64,000 nt of DNA from the human T2T-CHM13v2.0 reference genome, Homo sapiens, in NCBI RefSeq assembly GCF_009914755.1, contig NC_060934.1; one strand, given 5' to 3'. A model generated the notes under the pieces. That model was given only the letters and a program-made list of their open reading frames with translations, searched no databases and was not told where the DNA came from. Position 1 is the first letter of the stretch, and every line of letters starts with the position of its first letter. This document shows, one piece after another, positions 58,095-64,000 of this stretch. The translations under genes were made by a program, and so were the position numbers.

Positions 58095-61000
58095 TCGCAT
58101 GGAATCATCATCAAATGGAATCGAATGGAATCATCATCAAATGGAATCGAATGGAATCATTGAACGGAATTGAATCGAATCGTCATCGAATGAATTGAAT
58201 GCAATCATCGAATGGTCTCGAATGGAATCATCTTCAAATGGAAAGGAATGGAATCATCGCATAGAATCGAATGGAATTATCATCGAATGGACTCGAATGG
58301 AATCAACATCAAACGGAATCAAACGGAATTATCGAATGGAAGCGAAGAGAATCATCGAATGGACTCGAATGGAATCATCTAATGGAATGGAATGGAATAA
58401 TCCATGGACCCGAATGCAATCATCATCGAATAGAATCGAATGCAATCATCGAATGGACTCGAATGGAATAATCATTGAACGAAATCGAATGGAATCATCG
58501 TCGAATGGAAACGAATGGAATCATCATCGAATGGAAATGAAAGGAGTCATCATCTAATGGAATCGCATGGAATCATCATCAAATGGAATCAAATGGAATC
58601 ATCATCGAATGGAATCTAATGGAATCATTGAACGGAATTGCATGGAATCGTCATCGAATGAATTGAATGCAATCATCGAATGGTCTCGATTGGAATCATC
58701 TTCAAATGGAATGGAATGGAATCATCGCATAGAATCGAATGGAATTATCATCGAATGGACTCAAATGGAATCAACATCAAACGGAATCAAACGGAATTAT
58801 CGAATGGAATCGAAGAGAATCATCGAATGGACTCGAATGGAATCATCTAATGAAATAGAATGGAATAATCCATGGACTCGAATGCAATCATCATCAAATG
58901 GAATCGAATGGAATCGTCGAATGGACTCGAGCGGAATAAACATTCAATGGAATCGAATGGAATCGTCACCGGATGGAAACGAATGGAATCATCATCGAAT
59001 GGAATCGAATGGAATCATCATCAGATGGAAATGAATGGAATCATCGAATGGTCACGAATGGAATCATTATCAAATGGAATCGAATGGAATCACCGAATAG
59101 AATCGAATGGAACAATCATCGAATGGACTCAAATGGAATTATCCTCAAATGGAATCAAATGGAATTATCGAATGCAATCGAATGGAATTATCGAATGCAA
59201 TCGAATAGAATCATCGAATGGACTCGAATGGTATCATCGAATGGAACGGAATGGAATAGTCAATGAACTCGAATGGAATCATCATTGAATGGAATTGAAT
59301 GGAATCATCAAGTGGAATCGAATGGAATCATGATCAAATGGAATCGAATGTAATCATCATCAAATGGAATCCATATTAACCATCATCACTTGGTATTGAA
59401 TGGAATTGTCATCAAATGGAATTCAAAGGAATCATCATGAAATGGAACCGAATGGAATCATCATTGAATGGAAATGAAAGGAGTCATCATCTAATGGAAT
59501 CGCATGGAATCATCATCAAATGGAATCGAATGGAATCATCATCAAATGGAATCTAATGGAATCATTGAACGGAATTGAATGGAATCGTCATCGAATGAAT
59601 TGAGTGCAATCATCGAATGGTCTCGAAAGGAATAATCTTCAAATGGAAAGGAATGGAATCATCTCATAGAATCGAATGGAATTATCAACGAATGGACTCG
59701 AATGGAATCAACATCAAACGGAATTATCGAATGGAATCGAAGAGAATCATCGAATGGCCACGAATGGAATCATCTAATGGAATGGAATGGAATAATCCAT
59801 GGACCCGAATGCAATCATCATCGAATAGAATCGAATGCAATCATCGAATGGACACGAATGGAATAATCATTGAACGGAATCGAATGGAATCATCGTCGAA
59901 TGGAAACGCATGGAATCATCATCGAATGGAAATGAAAGGAGTCATCATCTAATGGAATCGCACGGAATCATCATCAAATGGAATCCAATGGAATCATCAT
60001 CAAATGGAATCTAATGGAATAATTGAACGGAATTGAATCGAATCGTCATCGAATGAATTGAATGCAATCATCGAATGGTCTCGAATGTAACCATCTTCAA
60101 ATGGAATGGAATGGAATCATCGCATAGAATCGAATGGAATTATCATCGAATGGACTCAAATGGAATCAACATCAAACGGAATCAAACGGAATTATCCAAT
60201 GGAATCGAAGAGAATCATCGAATGGACTCGAATGGAATCATCTAATGAAATAGAATGGAATAATCCATGGACTCGAATGCAATCATCATCAAATGGAATC
60301 GAATGGAATCGTCGAATGGACTCGAGTGGAATAAACATTCAACGGAATCGAATGGAATCGTCACCGGATGGAAACGAATGGAATCATCATCGAATGGAAT
60401 CGAATGGAATCATCAAATGGAATCAGATGAAATCATCATCAAATGGATTCGAATAGAATTATGGAATGAAATCCAATGTGATCATCATCGAATGGACACG
60501 AACGGAATCATCATCCAATGGAAACAAATGGAATCAACATCGAATGGAATCGAATGGAAACGCCATCGAAAGGAAACGAATGGAATTATCATGAAATTGA
60601 AATGGATGGACTCATCATCGAATGGATTCGAATGGAATCACCGAATGAAATTGATAGAAATCATCATCAAATGGAATCGAATGGAATCATTGAATGGAAT
60701 CGAATGGAATCATCATCAGATGGAAATGAATGGAATCATCACTGAATGGAATCGAATGGATTCATTGAATGGAATCTGATGGAATCATCGAATGGACTTG
60801 AATGGAATCATTGAATGGACTCGAATGGAATCTTTATTGAATGGAATTGAATGGAATCATCGAATGGTCTCGAATGGAATCATTATCAAATGGAATCGAA
60901 TGGAATCACCGAATAGAATCGAATGGAACAATCATCGAATGGACTCAAATGGAATTATCCTCAAATGGAATCGAATGGATTTATCGAATGCAATCGAATG

Positions 61001-64000
61001 GAATTATCGAAAGCAATCGAATAGAATCATCGAATGGACTCGAATGGAATCATCGAATGGAATGGAATGGAAGAGTCAATGAACTCGAATGGAATCATCA
61101 TTGAATGGAATCGAATGGAATCATCGAGTGGAATCGAATGGAATCATGATCAAATGGAATCGAATGTAATCATCATCAAATGGAATCCAAAATCACCATC
61201 ATCAATTGGTACTGAATGGAATTGTCATCAAATGGAATTCAAAGGAATCATCATCAAATGGAACCGAATGGAATCCTCATTGAATGGAAATGAAAGGAGT
61301 CATCATCTAATGGAATCGCATGGAATCATCATCAAATGGAATCGAATGGAATCATCATCAAATGGAATCGAATGGAATCATTGAACGGAATTGAATGGAA
61401 TCGTCATCGAATGAATTGAGTGCAATCATCGAATGGTCTCGAAAGGAATAATCTTCAAATGGAAAGGAATGGAATCATCTCATAGAATCGAATGGAATTA
61501 TCAACGAATGGACTCGAATGGAATCAACATCAAACGGAATTATCGAATGGAATCGAAGAGAATCATCGAATGGCCACGAATGGAATCATCTAATGGAATG
61601 GAATGGAATAATCCATGGACCCGAATGCAATCATCATCGAATAGAATCGAATGGAATCATCGAATGGACACGAATGGAATTATCATTGAACGGAATCGAA
61701 TGGAATCATCATCGAATGGAAACGCATGGAATCATCATCGAATGGAAATGAAAGGAGTCATCATCTAATGGAATCGCACGGAATCATCATCAAATGGAAT
61801 CGAATGGAATCATCATCGAATGGAATCTAATGGAATAATTGAACGGAAGTGAATGGAATCGTCATCGAATGAATTGAATGCAATCATCGAATGGTCTCGA
61901 ATGTAACCATCTTCAAATGGAATGGAATGGAATCATCGCATAGAATCGAATGGAATTATCATCGAATGGACTCAAATGGAATCAACATCAAACGGAATCA
62001 AACGGAATTATCGAATGGAATCGAAGAGAATCATCGAATGGACTCGAATGGAATCATCTAATGAAATAGAATGGAATAATCCATGGACTCGAATGCAATC
62101 ATCATCAAATGGAATCGAATGGAATCGTCGAATGGACTCGAGTGGAATAAACATTCAACGGAATCGAATGGAATCGTCACCGGATGGAAACGAATGGAAT
62201 CATCATCGAATGGAATCGAATGGAATCATCAAATGGAATCAGATGAAATCATCATCAAATGGATTCGAATAGAATTATGGAATGAAATCCAATGTGATCA
62301 TCATCGAATGGACACGAACGGAATCATCATCCAATGGAAACAAATGGAATCAACATCGAATGGAATCGAATGGAAACGCCATCGAAAGGAAACGAATGGA
62401 ATTATCATGAAATTGAAATGGATGGACTCATCATCGAATGGATTCGAATGGAATCACCGAATGAAATTGATAGAAATCATCATCAAATGGAATCGAATGG
62501 AATCATTGAATGGAATCGAATGGAATCATCATCAGATGGAAATGAATGGAATCATCACTGAATGGAATCGAATGGATTCATTGAATGGAATCTGATGGAA
62601 TCATCGAATGGACTTGACTGGAATCATTGAATGGACTCGAATGGAATCTTTATTGAATGGAATTGAATGGAATCATCGAATGGTCTCGAATGGAATCATT
62701 ATCAAATGGAATCGAATGGAATCACCGAATAGAATCGAATGGAACAATCATCGAATGGACTCAAATGGAATTATCCTCAAATGGAATCGTATGGATTTAT
62801 CGAATGCAATTGAATGGAATTATCGAAAGCAATCGAATAGAATCATCGAATGGACTCGAATGGAATCATCGAATGGAATGGAATGGAAGAGTCAATGAAC
62901 TCGAATGGAATCATCATTGAATGGACTCGAACGGAATCATCATCCAATGGAAACTAATGGAATCAACATCAAATGGAATCGAATGGAAACACCATCGAAT
63001 TGAAACGAATGGAATTATCATGAAATTGAAATGGATGGACTCATCATCGAATGGATTTGAATGGAATCACCGAATGAAATTGATTGAAATCATCATCGAA
63101 TGGAATCATTGAATGGAATCGAATGGAATCATCATGAGATGGAAATGAACGGAATCATCATAGAATGGAATCGAACGGATTCATTGAATGGAATCAGATG
63201 GAATCTTCGAATGGACATGAATGGAATCATTGAATGGACTCGAATGGAATCATTATTGAATAGAATTGAATGGAATCATTGAACGGCCTCGAATGGAATA
63301 ATTATGAAATGAAATCGAATGGAATCACCGAATAGAATCGAATGGAACAATCATCGAATGCACTCAAATGGAATTATCCTCAAATGGAATAGAATGGAAT
63401 TATCGAATGCAGTCGAATAGAATCATCGAATGGACTCGAATGGTATCATCGAATGGAACGGAATGGAATAGTCAATGAACTCGAATGGAATCATCATTGA
63501 ATGGAATTGAATGGAATCATCGAGTGGAATCGAATGGAATCATGATCAAATGGAATCGAATGTAATCATCATCAAATGGAATCCAAATTAACCATCATCA
63601 CTTGGTATTGAATGGAATTGTCATCAAATGGAATTCAAAGGAATCATCATGAAATGGAACCGAATGGAATCATCATTGAATGGAAATGAAAGGAGTCATC
63701 ATCTAATGGAATCGCATGGAATCATCATCAAATGGAATCGAATGGAATCATCACCAAATGGAATCTAATGGAATCATTGAACGGAATTGAATGGAATCGT
63801 CATCGAATGAATTGAGTGCAATCATCGAATGGTGTCGAAAGGAATAATCTTCAAATGGAAAGGAATGGAATCATCTCATAGAATCGAATGGAATTATCAA
63901 CGAATGGACTCGAATGGAATCAACATCAAACGGAATTATCGAATGGAATCGAAGAGAATCATCGAATGGCCACGAATGGAATCATCTAATGGAATGGAAT

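Larger units (their letters stand above)
1..64000 (+). repeat. Satellite II (HSat2/HSATII) pericentromeric tandem array, purine-rich strand on +, ~1.8-kb unit organisation (HSat2A-like)
   Basis: The entire window consists of GAATGGAATC(ATC)nGAATGG-type diverged pentamers with abundant TCGA and ATCATC. Its reverse complement is the CATTCGATTC/GATGATTCC pattern that distinguishes HSat2 from the purer (CATTC)n HSat3. Typical HSat2 motifs GGAAATGAAAGGAGTCATCATCTAATGG and GGAATTCAAAGG recur in every full-length unit. Confidence 0.97.
19620..64000 (+). repeat. Homogeneous sub-array of 1826/1816-bp HSat2 units and recurrent deletion derivatives
   Basis: Spacings of the GGAATTCAAAGG EcoRI site from 21337: 1825, 1816, 543, 1783, 595, 650, 595, 1483, 1483, 1358, 2406, 595, 1826, 1826, 1816, 1777, 1816, 1826, 1783, 595, 1483, 595, 1483, 1483, 1358, 1826, 1457, 1816, 2396 (last site at 63631). 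The diagnostic GGACTCGAGTGGAATAAAC variant first appears at 20146. Confidence 0.88.

Noticed and set aside
338-63282. Hundreds of + strand ORFs (MESSSNGIEWNH-type)
   Set aside because: They are low-complexity translations of the satellite in all three frames. ATG comes from GAATGG, the strand is stop-poor, ORFs overlap, frames are not conserved across indels, and no domains are recognisable.
1-64000. CRISPR-like repeat-spacer array or prokaryotic system
   Set aside because: There are no unique spacers, leader or cas-like genes. All sequence between conserved motifs is itself repeated satellite.
1-64000. HSat3, alpha satellite or telomeric repeat
   Set aside because: Pure GGAAT runs are only about 3-4 copies long. 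There is no 171-bp periodicity, CENP-B box or TTAGGG. The ATCATC and TCGA content fits HSat2.

Overview
The whole 64 kb is one uninterrupted, single-orientation array of primate pericentromeric satellite II (HSat2/HSATII). The + strand is the purine-rich (GAATG/GGAATC/ATC) strand, built from diverged 23/26-bp monomers grouped into ~1.8-kb EcoRI-defined units (HSat2A-like). I found no genes, RNA genes, transposons, CRISPR arrays or inversions; all ORFs in the track are translations of the satellite. I found no new coding system. The interesting content is the nested architecture. (i) A more diverged, rearranged left domain (1 to ~19.6 kb) holds near-perfect local tandem duplications of 3879 bp (2109+1770) and 2821 bp. 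(ii) A homogeneous right domain (~19.6-64 kb) has 1826/1816-bp units plus recurrent deletion-derived units (595, 1358, 1483, 1783 bp). (iii) A previously hidden ~13-15 kb colinear macro-duplication (about 20.5-35.2 kb vs 44.7-57.8 kb) lies at 22-24 kb spacing, and its offset changes are exactly explained by whole-unit indels. Periods come from coordinate arithmetic on the ORF track, EcoRI sites and rare variants read by eye. Species and chromosome cannot be fixed from the sequence alone.
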